Shown: one piece after another, positions 19,158 through 29,626 of the stretch
How positions within the stretch are numbered: position 1 is the first letter of the stretch
Layout: each line of letters opens with the position of its first letter
Origin: Aliivibrio fischeri ES114
GTDB lineage: Bacteria; Pseudomonadota; Gammaproteobacteria; Enterobacterales; Vibrionaceae
DNA: 32,000 nt
Assembly: GCF_000011805.1 (NCBI RefSeq)
Contig: NC_006840.2
Direction: 5' to 3' (one strand)
Made by a program: the position numbers and the translations under genes
Notes under the pieces: model-generated
Databases searched by the model: none
The model's input: only the letters and a program-made list of their open reading frames with translations
Told to the model about the DNA's origin: nothing

Positions 19158-19619
19158 CTACTCTTCGTCTTCCATTCTCAATGGTGGCATTGACCCTTTA
19201 CCTGCTGCAATTTTCGCCTGTAAAGACATCATTAACTCTGCTTCTGCTTTTGGAAGTTCACACTCTTCCATCAACTCATTGATCCCAGCGCCAAGTTGAA
19301 CCAGCTTATTCGCTCTTGAATACAAACGACTATCTGCATCTGTATTTTCTAACTCATTTAAACGATCATCAAAATGTTGATTTAATTGAGTTATATCAGC
19401 TACTTTTTGCCCCATATTAATGGAGCCAGCACGAAACTCTACAAATTGCTTTTGCAGTTTTTGTTGTTCATCTTGCAGCTGCTTATATTGCTCTTGTGAT
19501 TCAGTTAACTGTTGCATTAACTGTTTATTCTTACGGTTTAATACCAAAAAAATCACAAGTACAAGGATCATTGTTGTTATTGCTAGTAGCTCAGGGAGCT
19601 GAGTTAAATTATCAACCAT
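19158..19619 (-). CDS. DUF2802 domain protein downstream of cheW
   Basis: 153 aa: N-terminal TM segment, coiled coil, then LVQLGAGINELMEECELPKAEAELMMSLQ; this position matches the DUF2802 gene in other vibrios. Confidence 0.75.
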   Translation of the reverse strand: MVDNLTQLPELLAITTMILVLVIFLVLNRKNKQLMQQLTESQEQYKQLQDEQQKLQKQFVEFRAGSINMGQKVADITQLNQHFDDRLNELENTDADSRLYSRANKLVQLGAGINELMEECELPKAEAELMMSLQAKIAAGKGSMPPLRMEDEE

Positions 19620-20113
19620 TATAGGTTTGCCATGTCATCCCATTCGTCGTCAGACAAAAGTTTGTTAAGGTCTACCAAGATAAGTAGGTTGCCGTCACGG
19701 TTGCTAACGCCTTGGATGAACTTAGCGCTTTCTTCCGTGCCAACACTTGGCGTCGTATCAATTTCAGATGAACGTAAGTATACAACTTCCGCTACGCTAT
19801 CAACAAGGATACCGATAACTTGACGCTCAGATTCGATAACAATAATACGTGTGTTATCTGTAATTTCACCCTGCATTAAACCAAAACGTGAACGAGTATC
19901 AATAACTGTTACTACATTACCACGTAGGTTAATGATACCTAAAACGTAATCTGGAGCACCTGGAACTGGTGCAATTTCAGTATGGCGAAGTACTTCACGC
20001 ACTTGCATTACGTTGATACCGTAAGTTTCTTCTTCTAATTGAAATGTTACCCACTGCAGAACTTCATCGTTCACTTGATCTTTGCGGATCTCTACTTCAT
20101 TAACCTGAGACAT
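19619..20113 (-). CDS. cheW: Chemotaxis adaptor CheW
   Basis: 164 aa with EEETYGINVMQVREVLRHTEIAPVPGAPDYVLGIINLRGNVVTVIDTRSRFGL. Confidence 0.95.
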   Translation of the reverse strand: MSQVNEVEIRKDQVNDEVLQWVTFQLEEETYGINVMQVREVLRHTEIAPVPGAPDYVLGIINLRGNVVTVIDTRSRFGLMQGEITDNTRIIVIESERQVIGILVDSVAEVVYLRSSEIDTTPSVGTEESAKFIQGVSNRDGNLLILVDLNKLLSDDEWDDMANL

Positions 20114-20141
20114 TTTATTTCCTCGTCCTATTAGAGTTATT

Positions 20142-21200
20142 TTACTCTATTCCCTTAATGTCGAGACCGGCATTAAGCATAGCAATCATCGCCTCAACAT
20201 GAATTAAGGCACACATCTTTTCTTTTACCATTCCAGATAACCAAGGTCGTTTTCCTGCGGTCTCACGCCATCGAATACGATCACTTGTTAATGTTTCCGT
20301 CCCGGCTAACGCATTACACGCTAATCCCCATTTGCTTTCACCAAGCATAACAAGGTATTGGTAATCTTCTTTGTAACTTTCATCCTTGATACTTTGTGGC
20401 ATCACCCACTTGGCTGTATCAAGTGCATCAATTTTTAATTCTCGGCTGGTTTGTAAGCCAAGATACCAATCAGGACGACCAATTAAATGACTAAACTCTG
20501 TAATTTGGTGAATACCACCTAATTCAGCTAATGGTACTGCAAACATCACTCCCATAACTTCAAAGAAAAGTACTTGGAATTCTTCTTGATGCTCTGCATT
20601 TTTCCAATCAAGTCCACTTGGCGGTGGTGCTTTGCCTGCTTGGGTTTCTAACGCTTCGCTGTTATCTATATCGGCAGTAACTTCAATCTCTTCAGATTCA
20701 GTCTCTTCAATAACAGGAGCAACCTCAATTTTATCCGATAAATCCCATGCAGAAAGATCAAGCTCTTCAGGCTCTTCTTCTGTAATAGGTTGAGGCTCAT
20801 TAGCATCCGATTCTGTTTTTTCAATTTCACCAGAAACTAAGGCATCAATTTCATCTTGAACATTTAATTGAGAATTTTCTAACTGGCTTAATAAACGCTG
20901 AACATCTTCTAATTGAGGCATCTCAAATGGATAATCATCATATTCATCCACTTGCGGAGATGCTTGCAATTGATACTGAGGCTCGGGAGTATCTAATGTT
21001 ACTGAATCAGACTGCCAATCAGACACTGACTCAGATTCAACTACATCCTCAAGTTCACTATCAGCGACAGGTTCAGGCCCAACTAATTCTTCACGAACTT
21101 CTTCAAGATTAACGTCTTGCTCAATGACATCTTCATCTAACAGTGACGAGAAATAATCATCAAGAGCTTCTTCACTGGTAAATGTTTTAAAATCAGCCAT
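20142..21200 (-). CDS. parP: Polar chemotaxis array localization protein ParP (acidic/Pro N-terminus, CheW-like C-terminus)
   Basis: 352 aa; C-terminal CheW-like domain (FEVMGVMFAVPLAELGGIHQITEFSHLIGRPDWYLGLQ); lies between parC and cheW, the vibrio arrangement. Confidence 0.88.
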   Translation of the reverse strand: MADFKTFTSEEALDDYFSSLLDEDVIEQDVNLEEVREELVGPEPVADSELEDVVESESVSDWQSDSVTLDTPEPQYQLQASPQVDEYDDYPFEMPQLEDVQRLLSQLENSQLNVQDEIDALVSGEIEKTESDANEPQPITEEEPEELDLSAWDLSDKIEVAPVIEETESEEIEVTADIDNSEALETQAGKAPPPSGLDWKNAEHQEEFQVLFFEVMGVMFAVPLAELGGIHQITEFSHLIGRPDWYLGLQTSRELKIDALDTAKWVMPQSIKDESYKEDYQYLVMLGESKWGLACNALAGTETLTSDRIRWRETAGKRPWLSGMVKEKMCALIHVEAMIAMLNAGLDIKGIE

Positions 21201-21967
21201 TAAGCTAATCTCTCCAAGTAATTCAGTAATGTTTTATACGCAAAAACGCCACGACTATTTGGAGATACAAATGACGGTGGCATTCTTTTTAAGCTGGCAT
21301 CTCTAAATTTTGTATCAATAGGTACTGCTGATGCCCACACTTGATCTTGATAGCTATTTTTTAAATCCATCAAGGTTTGTAACGAAGCATTAGTACGCTT
21401 ATCGTACATAGTCGGAATAATGGTCACATCAAACAAAGAAGGTTTATTTCTTTGCATTATCGTTAATGTTCTCATCATTCGTTCTAAACCTTTCATCGCT
21501 AGGAATTCAGTTTGAACAGGAATAAGCACTCGAGTACTTGCCGCTAATGCATTAACCATCATCACACCAAGAATCGGTGGACAATCAATCAATACATAAT
21601 CGTAATCCGCTTCTAGTGCTTTCAGTGCACGCTTCAATACTAACCCCATCCCATTACGGTTTCCCATAACACGATCAAGTGTCGCAAGTGACATATGAGC
21701 AGGAATAATATCAAGCCCTGGGATATCACTTTTTAATACAAAAGGAGCTACCGTGGTTTTATTGATTGTAGGTAGTTGAAACAACTCAAATAAGCTGCAT
21801 GGTAAATCGTCTGAATCATAGCCTAAGTAAGTAGTTAGAGACCCATGGGGATCTGTATCTACCATTAGTACACGTTTACCACGTTGATTTAACAACCCTG
21901 CTAATGTGATTGTGGTTGTGGTTTTACCCACGCCACCTTTCTGATTAGCTATGCTCCAGACAATCAT
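21200..21967 (-). CDS. parC: ParA-family ATPase ParC (polar chemotaxis cluster partitioning)
   Basis: Deviant Walker A WSIANQKGGVGKTTTTITLAGLL; DYVLIDCPPILGVMMVNALAAS; located between cheB and parP. Confidence 0.9.
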   Translation of the reverse strand: MIVWSIANQKGGVGKTTTTITLAGLLNQRGKRVLMVDTDPHGSLTTYLGYDSDDLPCSLFELFQLPTINKTTVAPFVLKSDIPGLDIIPAHMSLATLDRVMGNRNGMGLVLKRALKALEADYDYVLIDCPPILGVMMVNALAASTRVLIPVQTEFLAMKGLERMMRTLTIMQRNKPSLFDVTIIPTMYDKRTNASLQTLMDLKNSYQDQVWASAVPIDTKFRDASLKRMPPSFVSPNSRGVFAYKTLLNYLERLA

Positions 21968-21975
21968 GTTATTTC

Positions 21976-23106
21976 CTACTTCAATCCAACTTCAACAAGC
22001 ATTCTTTCAGCAATACGATCAAGCGGTAAACTTTCTGAAGATAAACCGGCTTTATCGACAGCTTGAGGCATACCATATACCACACAGCTTTGCTCATCTT
22101 GAGACCAAATAGTTGCGCCACCAGCTTTAAGCATTCGACAGCCTTCTCGACCATCTGCGCCCATACCAGTTAAGATCATCGACAGAACTTTATCACCGTA
22201 TACTTTCGCAGCAGATCCGAAGGTAACATCAACACATGGTTTATAATTCATGCGTTCACCACCATCTAAAATCTTCAAGCGTGAAGCGCCCGGACGGCCA
22301 TCAACCATCATTTGCAAACCACCTGGAGCCAAATATGCACAACCTGGTTTTAACACATCGCCATCTTCTGCTTCTTTAACTTGAATTTTGCACAAGTTAT
22401 TTAAACGAGCAGCAAATGCCGCCGTAAAAGTGGCAGGCATATGTTGAACCAAAATAATTGGATGTGGGTAATTCGCCGGAATCGCCGTTAATATCTTTTG
22501 CAGTGCAACTGGACCACCCGTTGAAGTCCCAATAGCCGTTAATTGATACTTTTTACCCGTCGCTTTAAAGCGTTGTGCAATTGGAGCTGCTGGTGCTGCT
22601 TTTACAGGAGATGCTGTTAATGCAGAAGTCGCAGTTCGTGTTGTTGCTGTACGAGATTCAACAGTACTTGTTGATTGTGAACTCAGTACTGGTCTGCGCA
22701 TAAATGATTTTTTACGCGCAATTTCAGCAATTCGTTTCTGTAGTAAAGAAACCGCTTCATCACGATTACGAGCAATGTCTTCAAACTTCTTAGGTAAGAA
22801 ATCAAGAGCACCCGCATCCAAAGCATCAAGTGTTGCTTTTGCGCCATCGTGAGTTAGCGAAGAGAACATTAAGGTTGGTGTTGGACACGCCTTCATGATC
22901 TCTCGGACTGCTGAGATGCCGTCCATGACTGGCATCTCAATATCCATTGTTATTACATCTGGCTTTAATGATTTCGCTTTTTCTACCGCTTCTTTACCAT
23001 TTACAGCCACGTCGATAACTTCAAGACGTGGATCTGAATTGATAATTTCACTTACTCGGCGGCGGAAAAAACTAGAATCATCTACCACTAATACTTTTAT
23101 AGCCAT
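21976..23106 (-). CDS. cheB: Chemotaxis response regulator protein-glutamate methylesterase CheB
   Basis: Receiver domain ([32 protein letters not shown]) plus methylesterase domain ([41 protein letters not shown]). Confidence 0.96.
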   Translation of the reverse strand: MAIKVLVVDDSSFFRRRVSEIINSDPRLEVIDVAVNGKEAVEKAKSLKPDVITMDIEMPVMDGISAVREIMKACPTPTLMFSSLTHDGAKATLDALDAGALDFLPKKFEDIARNRDEAVSLLQKRIAEIARKKSFMRRPVLSSQSTSTVESRTATTRTATSALTASPVKAAPAAPIAQRFKATGKKYQLTAIGTSTGGPVALQKILTAIPANYPHPIILVQHMPATFTAAFAARLNNLCKIQVKEAEDGDVLKPGCAYLAPGGLQMMVDGRPGASRLKILDGGERMNYKPCVDVTFGSAAKVYGDKVLSMILTGMGADGREGCRMLKAGGATIWSQDEQSCVVYGMPQAVDKAGLSSESLPLDRIAERMLVEVGLK

Positions 23107-23121
23107 GTCAATCCTTGTGCA

Positions 23122-25329
23122 TTAACGCATGCGAACGGCGTAACGCTTTAACAAGTTAGGAACGTCAAGGATCAATGCAATATGACCATCAGAAGTAATC
23201 GTTGCACCTGCCATACCTGGAGTACCTTGCAATAGTTCATCTAGCGGTTTAATAACCACTTCTTCTTGACCTATTAAGGTATCAACAACAAAACCAACAC
23301 GTTGAGCGCCAAGTTGAATAATTACAACATGACCTAACCCTGTACGTTCTGTTTGACGACTACCAGGAACCAACCAATCTTGTAAGAAGAACAGTGGGAT
23401 CGACTTTTCACGAACAATTGTTGTTAATTGACCATCAACGATGTTTGTCTTAGACAGATCAAGATGGAAAATCTCATTTACACTTGCTAATGGAAGTGCA
23501 AATGGTTGATTCGCAACACCAACCATTAACGTTGGTAAGATTGCAAGAGTCAGTGGCACTTTGATTACGATCTTAGTACCTTCACCCATGTTTGAATCAA
23601 TATCAATTGAACCATTTAGTTGGTTGATCGCTGTTTTAACCACGTCCATACCTACACCACGACCTGAAATATCTGAAATTTCAGTCTTAGTTGAGAAACC
23701 TGGTGCAAAAATAAGGTTATAACATTCTTTATTTGTTAAGCGTGATGCAGCATCGCTGTCCATCAAACCTCGGTTTACCGCAATACCACGAAGTTTATCT
23801 GCATCCATACCGCCGCCATCATCAATGATGCTCAGTAAGATGTGATCCCCTTCTTGAGATGCTGATAAAATCACTTTACCTGTGCGATCTTTACCCGCTT
23901 TTAAACGGTCATCAGGCATTTCAATACCATGATCTACAGAGTTACGAACTAAGTGAATCAATGGATCGGCAAGCGCTTCAACCAAGTTTTTATCTAAATC
24001 AGTTTCTTCACCGCGCATTTCTAGCACGATGTCTTTCTTCAGTGTACGAGCCAAGTCACGTACAACTCGTGGGAAACGACCAAATACTTTCTTAATTGGT
24101 TGCATACGAGTTTTCATTACTGCACCTTGAAGGTCTGCAGTAACCACATCTAGGTTTGATACCGCTTTTGACATTTCTTCGTCATTGCTATTCAAACCTA
24201 AACTCACCAAACGGTTTCGAACAAGTACAAGCTCTCCCACCATATTCATGATGTTATCTAGCGTTGATGTATCAACACGTACCGTACTTTCTGATTGTGA
24301 TTTTGCTGGCGCTTTTGCTGGTGCCTTTGCAACCGCTTTCACATCTTCTTTCGGTGCTTGTGTTCTTGTCGGCGCAGGTGCCGTTGTTCTTGTTGGTGCT
24401 TCAACTACAGGTGCTGGTGCACTTGTTGTCTGATTCATCGCAGCAACAGGTTGAACAGCTTGATCAAGCTCTTCTTCCGTTGGACCTTTGCCTGAACCGT
24501 GCAGTTGATCAAGTAATTTCTCAAACTCATCATCTGTCATTAAATCTGAATCACCAGAATTTGACAGTATGTCTTCTACCGGTTTAGCAGCAGGAGTTGT
24601 CGTTGCATTACTTGGGCTTTTACCTGAACCATGAAGTTCATCAAGCAGACGCTCAAACTCATCATCAGTAATATCGCCATCATCAGCACTTGTTGACGAT
24701 GCAATAGGCGCAGCAGGAGCTGGTGTTACTGAAGCGGCACTACTTGGAGATGCGCCTTTACCGTGTAATTCATCTAATAATCGTTCAAATTCATCTTCTG
24801 TAATATCATCAACAGAATCATGATTATTAGCCGAAACAGAAACCTCTTCTACAGAAGGAGTTACTTCAATTACTGACTCTTCAATAACGATATCTTCAAC
24901 AACAGCTTCATTTGCTGCTGATGCAATTTCATCTTCTGATGCAGGTTTGCTTAAACGATGCAGTTCATCAAGCAAGCTTTGTTCTGCCGGCTCTAAAGCT
25001 TCACCATTTTGCACTGAACTGAACATAACATTCACGGTATCAAGTGCTTGTAAGATGGTATCCATTAGCTCAGAAGTAACTTTACGTTTACCTGTTCTAA
25101 GAATATCAAATACGTTTTCCGCACCATGACAAGCATCAACTAATTCAGTTAATGACAAAAAGCCTGCACCGCCTTTAACGGTATGAAAACCACGGAAAAT
25201 AGCATTTAATAAATCAGCATCATCAGGGCGTTGCTCTAATTCAACTAATTGTTCAGAAAGTAGCTCGAGAATTTCTCCTGCTTCAATTAAGAAATCTTGC
25301 AGGATGTCTTCATCCATTTCAAAGCTCAT
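23122..25329 (-). CDS. cheA: Chemotaxis histidine kinase CheA
   Basis: 735 aa: P1 Hpt (FRGFHTVKGGAGFLSL), long repeat-containing linker, P3 (STVRVDTSTLDNIMNMVGELVLVRNRL), P4 (HLVRNSVDHGIE, GRGVGMDVVK), P5 CheW-like. Confidence 0.96.
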   Translation of the reverse strand: MSFEMDEDILQDFLIEAGEILELLSEQLVELEQRPDDADLLNAIFRGFHTVKGGAGFLSLTELVDACHGAENVFDILRTGKRKVTSELMDTILQALDTVNVMFSSVQNGEALEPAEQSLLDELHRLSKPASEDEIASAANEAVVEDIVIEESVIEVTPSVEEVSVSANNHDSVDDITEDEFERLLDELHGKGASPSSAASVTPAPAAPIASSTSADDGDITDDEFERLLDELHGSGKSPSNATTTPAAKPVEDILSNSGDSDLMTDDEFEKLLDQLHGSGKGPTEEELDQAVQPVAAMNQTTSAPAPVVEAPTRTTAPAPTRTQAPKEDVKAVAKAPAKAPAKSQSESTVRVDTSTLDNIMNMVGELVLVRNRLVSLGLNSNDEEMSKAVSNLDVVTADLQGAVMKTRMQPIKKVFGRFPRVVRDLARTLKKDIVLEMRGEETDLDKNLVEALADPLIHLVRNSVDHGIEMPDDRLKAGKDRTGKVILSASQEGDHILLSIIDDGGGMDADKLRGIAVNRGLMDSDAASRLTNKECYNLIFAPGFSTKTEISDISGRGVGMDVVKTAINQLNGSIDIDSNMGEGTKIVIKVPLTLAILPTLMVGVANQPFALPLASVNEIFHLDLSKTNIVDGQLTTIVREKSIPLFFLQDWLVPGSRQTERTGLGHVVIIQLGAQRVGFVVDTLIGQEEVVIKPLDELLQGTPGMAGATITSDGHIALILDVPNLLKRYAVRMR
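24484..24810 (-). repeat. Three imperfect acidic repeat units inside the cheA linker
   Basis: DDITEDEFERLLDELHGKGASPSS (24754-24810 region), GDITDDEFERLLDELHGSGKSPSN (24617-24680 region), SDLMTDDEFEKLLDQLHGSGKGPTE (24484-24551 region). Confidence 0.92.
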
Positions 25330-25338
25330 AGTATTCCT

Positions 25339-26055
25339 CTAAAATCCTAGACTGGCTAATAGGTCATCAACATCATCTTGAGATGCTACAGCGTCTTCGC
25401 GTTCATGCGGGTTGATAATTGGTCCTTCAGCAACAGCAGGTTTCTTCGATTGGTCCGCTGCATCTAACCGCTCTTCCACTTTAAACAACGTCAAGATATC
25501 AACCAATCGGTCTTCAACTTCTTGAACTAACGTAATTACTCGTTTAATAATTTGACCAGTAAGGTCTTGGAAGTCTTGTGCCATTAAGATAGTGGTTAGT
25601 TCATTACGAAGCTCTGAACTATTACCTTCAACTTGAGTTAATAATCCATCAATGTTGTGGCATAAGGTTTTGAACTGAGCAAGCTCAATTCGACCTTTCA
25701 TTAAACTGTTCCACTGTGGGCGAACTTGAAGCAAGCCTTCGTGCAATTCGTCTGCAATAGGTAATGAACGATCAACAGCATCCATGGTTTTATTGGCTGC
25801 CATTTCCGTTTTATCAATCACATATTGCAAACGATCACGCGCATCTGGAATCTCATCATTAGCAATGGCAACAACTCGATGATCAAGTTTAAAGTTCTTC
25901 AAAGACTCATGAAGATCACGAGTTAAAGAACCTATCTCTTTCAACATTGGTTGTTCACTTGGCATTGCTAACGAAGCAACTAATTGATTTGCTTCTTCTT
26001 GCTTGCCATCTTCTAATAAAGCGACAAGTTCCTTGGCATCAGTTAATGAAATCAT
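25339..26055 (-). CDS. cheZ: CheY-P phosphatase CheZ
   Basis: LTTILMAQDFQDLTGQIIKRVITLVQEVE and the C-terminal CheY-binding tail SQDDVDDLLASLGF. Confidence 0.95.
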   Translation of the reverse strand: MISLTDAKELVALLEDGKQEEANQLVASLAMPSEQPMLKEIGSLTRDLHESLKNFKLDHRVVAIANDEIPDARDRLQYVIDKTEMAANKTMDAVDRSLPIADELHEGLLQVRPQWNSLMKGRIELAQFKTLCHNIDGLLTQVEGNSSELRNELTTILMAQDFQDLTGQIIKRVITLVQEVEDRLVDILTLFKVEERLDAADQSKKPAVAEGPIINPHEREDAVASQDDVDDLLASLGF

Positions 26056-26086
26056 CTTTTACTAATCCTTCCAACGCAACATCGAC

Positions 26087-26467
26087 TTATAAACGTTCAA
26101 AAATCTTGTCTAATTTTTCTTTTAATGTTGCAGCTGTGAAAGGCTTAACAATGTAGCCATTTACGCCAGCTTGAGCAGCTTCAATGATTTGTTCACGCTT
26201 AGCTTCAGCAGTGATCATTAATACTGGTAAGTGTTTTAATTCGTCATCGGCACGAATTGTCTTTAGCAAGTCGATCCCTTGCATCCCTGGCATGTTCCAA
26301 TCTGTTACTACAAAATCGAAACCACCTTTTTTAAGCAGTGGCAGTGCTGTTAAACCATCATCCGCTTCTTGGGTGTTATTAAAACCTAAGTCACGTAATA
26401 AGTTTTTTACAATACGGCGCATTGTTGAAAAGTCATCAACAATAAGGATCTTCATGTTTTTATTCAA
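26087..26467 (-). CDS. cheY: Chemotaxis response regulator CheY
   Basis: [25 protein letters not shown]...[15 protein letters not shown]...[16 protein letters not shown]. The listed start is 26488; a TTG at 26467 is correctly spaced from GGAGG, and an internal ATG lies at 26455, so the exact start is uncertain. Confidence 0.93.
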   Translation of the reverse strand: MNKNMKILIVDDFSTMRRIVKNLLRDLGFNNTQEADDGLTALPLLKKGGFDFVVTDWNMPGMQGIDLLKTIRADDELKHLPVLMITAEAKREQIIEAAQAGVNGYIVKPFTAATLKEKLDKIFERL

Positions 26468-26503
26468 AATCGCCTCCAGTGAGGGCAAAGTAACGGGATT
26501 TAA

Positions 26504-27235
26504 TTATTCTACTGTCCAAGATGATAACTTGGCCCGTAGTCGTTGCATCGATTGGCTGTGTATTTGGCTTACGCGAGACTCGCTTACACCAATTACAGCA
26601 CCAATCTCTTTTAGGTTAAGTTCTTCATCGTAATAAAGAGACAAAACCAAAGCTTCTCTTTCAGGAAGCGTTTTAATCGCTTCCACAAGAGCTACTCGAA
26701 AGTGTTCATCGGCAACACCTTGAAACGGAAGATTATCATCAGCTTGTTCTTCAGTTGCGATCACATCATCAGAAACGCCTAAATCTTCCATACCAACTAG
26801 TTTACCGCAATTTACATCATTAAGTATCTGATAATATTGATCTAACGGTAATTCTAGATAGTCTGCTATCTCTTTATCGGTCGGATCCCGAGAAAGTTTA
26901 GCTTCAAGCTCTCTAATTGCCGAATTAATCATCCGACTGTTCTTATGTACTGAGCGAGGAACCCAATCTCCACGTCGAATTTCATCCAACATTGAGCCTC
27001 TAATTCGAATCCCAGCATAGGTTTCAAAACTTGCGCCTTTACTGCCATCATAATTTTGCTGGGCTTCTAATAAACCAATCATGCCAGCTTGAATCAGATC
27101 ATCTACTAATACACTCGCTGGCAATCTCGCCATTAAATGATGAGCAATACGTTTAACCAGATCAGAATAACGTTCTAAAAACGCCTTCTGACTGTTTACA
27201 TTGCCTTTATGATCATAAGTTAAGCCATCAGACAT
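26504..27235 (-). CDS. fliA: Flagellar sigma factor FliA (sigma-28)
   Basis: DLIQAGMIGLLEAQQNYD, MLDEIRRGDWVPRS, EREALVLSLYYDEELNLKEIGAVIGVSESRVSQIHSQ. ATG at 27235 follows TTGAGGACGATT; the listed start is 27265. Confidence 0.95.
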   Translation of the reverse strand: MSDGLTYDHKGNVNSQKAFLERYSDLVKRIAHHLMARLPASVLVDDLIQAGMIGLLEAQQNYDGSKGASFETYAGIRIRGSMLDEIRRGDWVPRSVHKNSRMINSAIRELEAKLSRDPTDKEIADYLELPLDQYYQILNDVNCGKLVGMEDLGVSDDVIATEEQADDNLPFQGVADEHFRVALVEAIKTLPEREALVLSLYYDEELNLKEIGAVIGVSESRVSQIHSQSMQRLRAKLSSWTVE

Positions 27236-28118
27236 AATCGTCCTCAATTTCACTTGTTTTTTCATTGCGTAATAGCTTTTCTACGAAAAACTCTAAGTGA
27301 CCGCTTGGTGCTTTAGGTACAGGCCAAGTTACCACTTTGTTTGCAAGAGATTTCATTGCTAACGCTGCTGGAGAGCGTGGATATGCATCCACAACGACTT
27401 TTTGTTTTCTAACTGACAGACGCACTTTTTCATCTAATGGAATACAAGCCACTAATTCCATATTTGCAGATAAAAAGCGATCCGTTACTAGCGTTAGTTT
27501 CGCAAATAATTCACGACCTTCACGGTAACTTCTTACCATGTTGGCAACAATTTTGAATCGTTGAACATTATGCTCACGACTTAAAAGTTTTATTAACGCA
27601 TATGCATCGGTGATTGACGTTGGTTCATCACACACCACAACTAAAACATCTTGAGCCGCACGAGAAAAACTGGTCACCATATCAGAGATGCCAGCAGCAG
27701 TATCGATTAAAAGAATATCTACTTCTTCTTCTAAACTGCTGAATGCTCGAATTAATCCTGCATGTTGTGCTGGTGTTAGTTCTGCCATAGATTTTGTTCC
27801 TGACGTTGCAGGAATTAGTCTCACACCATATGGGCCTTCAACGATAATGTCTGCTAATTCGCATTCACCATCCAAAACATGCCCTAGGTTTTTATGTGCT
27901 CGAACACCCAGCATAATATCAATATTTGCTAAGCCTAAATCGCCATCTAGCACCATCACTTTTTTCCCTTGCTGTGCAAGTGATAATGCTAAATTTAATG
28001 TTACGTTTGTTTTACCTACGCCACCTTTACCACCCGTTACAGCAACCACTTTGGTCAATGTTGGTTTGGTTAAGCGTCGTAATCCACTAGCCTGATCGTA
28101 TATATTATTATCAATCAT
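27228..28118 (-). CDS. flhG: Flagellar number regulator FlhG (FleN), MinD-like ATPase
   Basis: VTGGKGGVGKTNVTLNLALSLAQQGKKVMVLDGDLGLANIDIMLG; adjacent to flhF. Confidence 0.95.
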   Translation of the reverse strand: MIDNNIYDQASGLRRLTKPTLTKVVAVTGGKGGVGKTNVTLNLALSLAQQGKKVMVLDGDLGLANIDIMLGVRAHKNLGHVLDGECELADIIVEGPYGVRLIPATSGTKSMAELTPAQHAGLIRAFSSLEEEVDILLIDTAAGISDMVTSFSRAAQDVLVVVCDEPTSITDAYALIKLLSREHNVQRFKIVANMVRSYREGRELFAKLTLVTDRFLSANMELVACIPLDEKVRLSVRKQKVVVDAYPRSPAALAMKSLANKVVTWPVPKAPSGHLEFFVEKLLRNEKTSEIEDDYV

Positions 28119-29593
28119 AAATTGTCCGCCTCTGGCATATCACTATTCCAGAAATGAGGGTCCTTTTCCGTCGCTTTTTCTAGTAATTCATTTGCCTTTG
28201 CAACTAAGTATTTTGGTTGAGCTAAAACAATGTCCTCAGGAACACGTTGCCCATTTGCAATATAAGAGATTGGAAGGCCATTCTCTATAGTTACACTAAT
28301 TAATTCACCTAAACTTAGAGATTCATCGATTTTACTTAAAATACAACCAGATAATGGAATGCGTTTGAAGTGATCAATGGTTTCTTGCAGTACTCGGCGT
28401 TGTGCCGTTGCTGGCATCACAAGATAGCTATTAATTTGTGATCCACTGTTTTCCATAATCGTATCTAATTGTTCTGTTAAACGTACATCACGTTGTCCCA
28501 TACCTGCAGTATCCACAAGCACTAAACGACGATTACGTAATTGATACAGAACCGATGCTAATTCATCAGCATCTTTAGCAATTCGTACTGGACAGCCCAT
28601 AATGCGGCCATAAATAGCCAATTGTTCTTGAGCACCAATACGGAATGTATCTGTTGTAACTAATGCTACTTGGTCAGGACCATATTCCATTGCTGCACGA
28701 GCAGCTAATTTAGCAATAGTTGTTGTTTTGCCAACCCCTGTAGGACCTAATAATGCAATGATGCCACCACGTGATAGCGTATCCACTTTTGAGGTTGGGA
28801 TTTGCTCAGCAAGTAGTTTCAATAATGCAGGCCATGCATCTTTTGCTGGTACATCTTCTGGAATATAACAAGCAAGTTGATCAGCAAGCTCTTCTGATAA
28901 CCCCATTTTCTCTAGACGCTTAATAAGCATTGCTCGTAGAGGTTCACGACGCTCTACTTCCTGCCACATAAGACCAGATACTTGATGCTCTAATAAACGA
29001 CGAATAGATGACATTTCAGAGCGCATGTTTTCTAATTCTTCGTTCGATTCGTTATGCGAACGACGACCTTTCTCATAACGAGAAGGGTCTAATTTCGGTT
29101 GTGTTCGCTCAGTTGAATGTCGAACTGGCTCATCAGAAATAAGGTGCGCTAATTTTGGATTATTTTGAATCGCACGAGTCATTTCTGATGTATCTAATCT
29201 TGGAGTAGACGCAGAATTTGAATACGAGTTTGCTGATGACTGAGTCTGAAATTTAGACTGACGTTGCAATAACGCTGCTAAACTGTCTTCTTCACGCTCA
29301 GCTTTTTCTGGCTCAGGCTCTGGAGAACTATTATGTGAGCCATATTGCTTGATCATATTTGCAAAACGACGTGTCATAGAACCTTTACCAACACTCACCT
29401 TGTCTTCTTCAACTTGACGCTGTGATACTGCTGGAAATGATTGAGATTGCGCACTCGGATCAATAGCTGCAACAATTTCAATACCACCGGTTACTTTTTT
29501 ATTTGACATAATGACAGCGTCAACACCTAGCTCTTCTTTTACCTGAACCAGAGCAGAGCGCATGTCTTTTGCAAAAAATCGTTTAATTTTCAA
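28115..29593 (-). CDS. flhF: Flagellar biosynthesis SRP-type GTPase FlhF
   Basis: MKIKRFFAKDMRSALVQVKEELG; GTPase motifs LLGPTGVGKTTTIAKLAARA, LVDTAGMGQRD, LSKIDESLSLGE. Confidence 0.96.
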   Translation of the reverse strand: MKIKRFFAKDMRSALVQVKEELGVDAVIMSNKKVTGGIEIVAAIDPSAQSQSFPAVSQRQVEEDKVSVGKGSMTRRFANMIKQYGSHNSSPEPEPEKAEREEDSLAALLQRQSKFQTQSSANSYSNSASTPRLDTSEMTRAIQNNPKLAHLISDEPVRHSTERTQPKLDPSRYEKGRRSHNESNEELENMRSEMSSIRRLLEHQVSGLMWQEVERREPLRAMLIKRLEKMGLSEELADQLACYIPEDVPAKDAWPALLKLLAEQIPTSKVDTLSRGGIIALLGPTGVGKTTTIAKLAARAAMEYGPDQVALVTTDTFRIGAQEQLAIYGRIMGCPVRIAKDADELASVLYQLRNRRLVLVDTAGMGQRDVRLTEQLDTIMENSGSQINSYLVMPATAQRRVLQETIDHFKRIPLSGCILSKIDESLSLGELISVTIENGLPISYIANGQRVPEDIVLAQPKYLVAKANELLEKATEKDPHFWNSDMPEADNL

Positions 29594-29626
29594 TATCGTA
29601 TTCCTGCGTTAAATAAGTTGACGCGG

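Noticed and set aside
24185-24587. 82-aa and 107-aa antisense ORFs over the cheA linker
   Set aside because: Their Val/Leu/Ala-rich products mirror the low-complexity Ala/Pro/Glu linker on the coding strand.
27688-28095. 135-aa antisense ORF over flhG
   Set aside because: Long only because of base composition; flhG is strongly supported by its Walker motifs and context.
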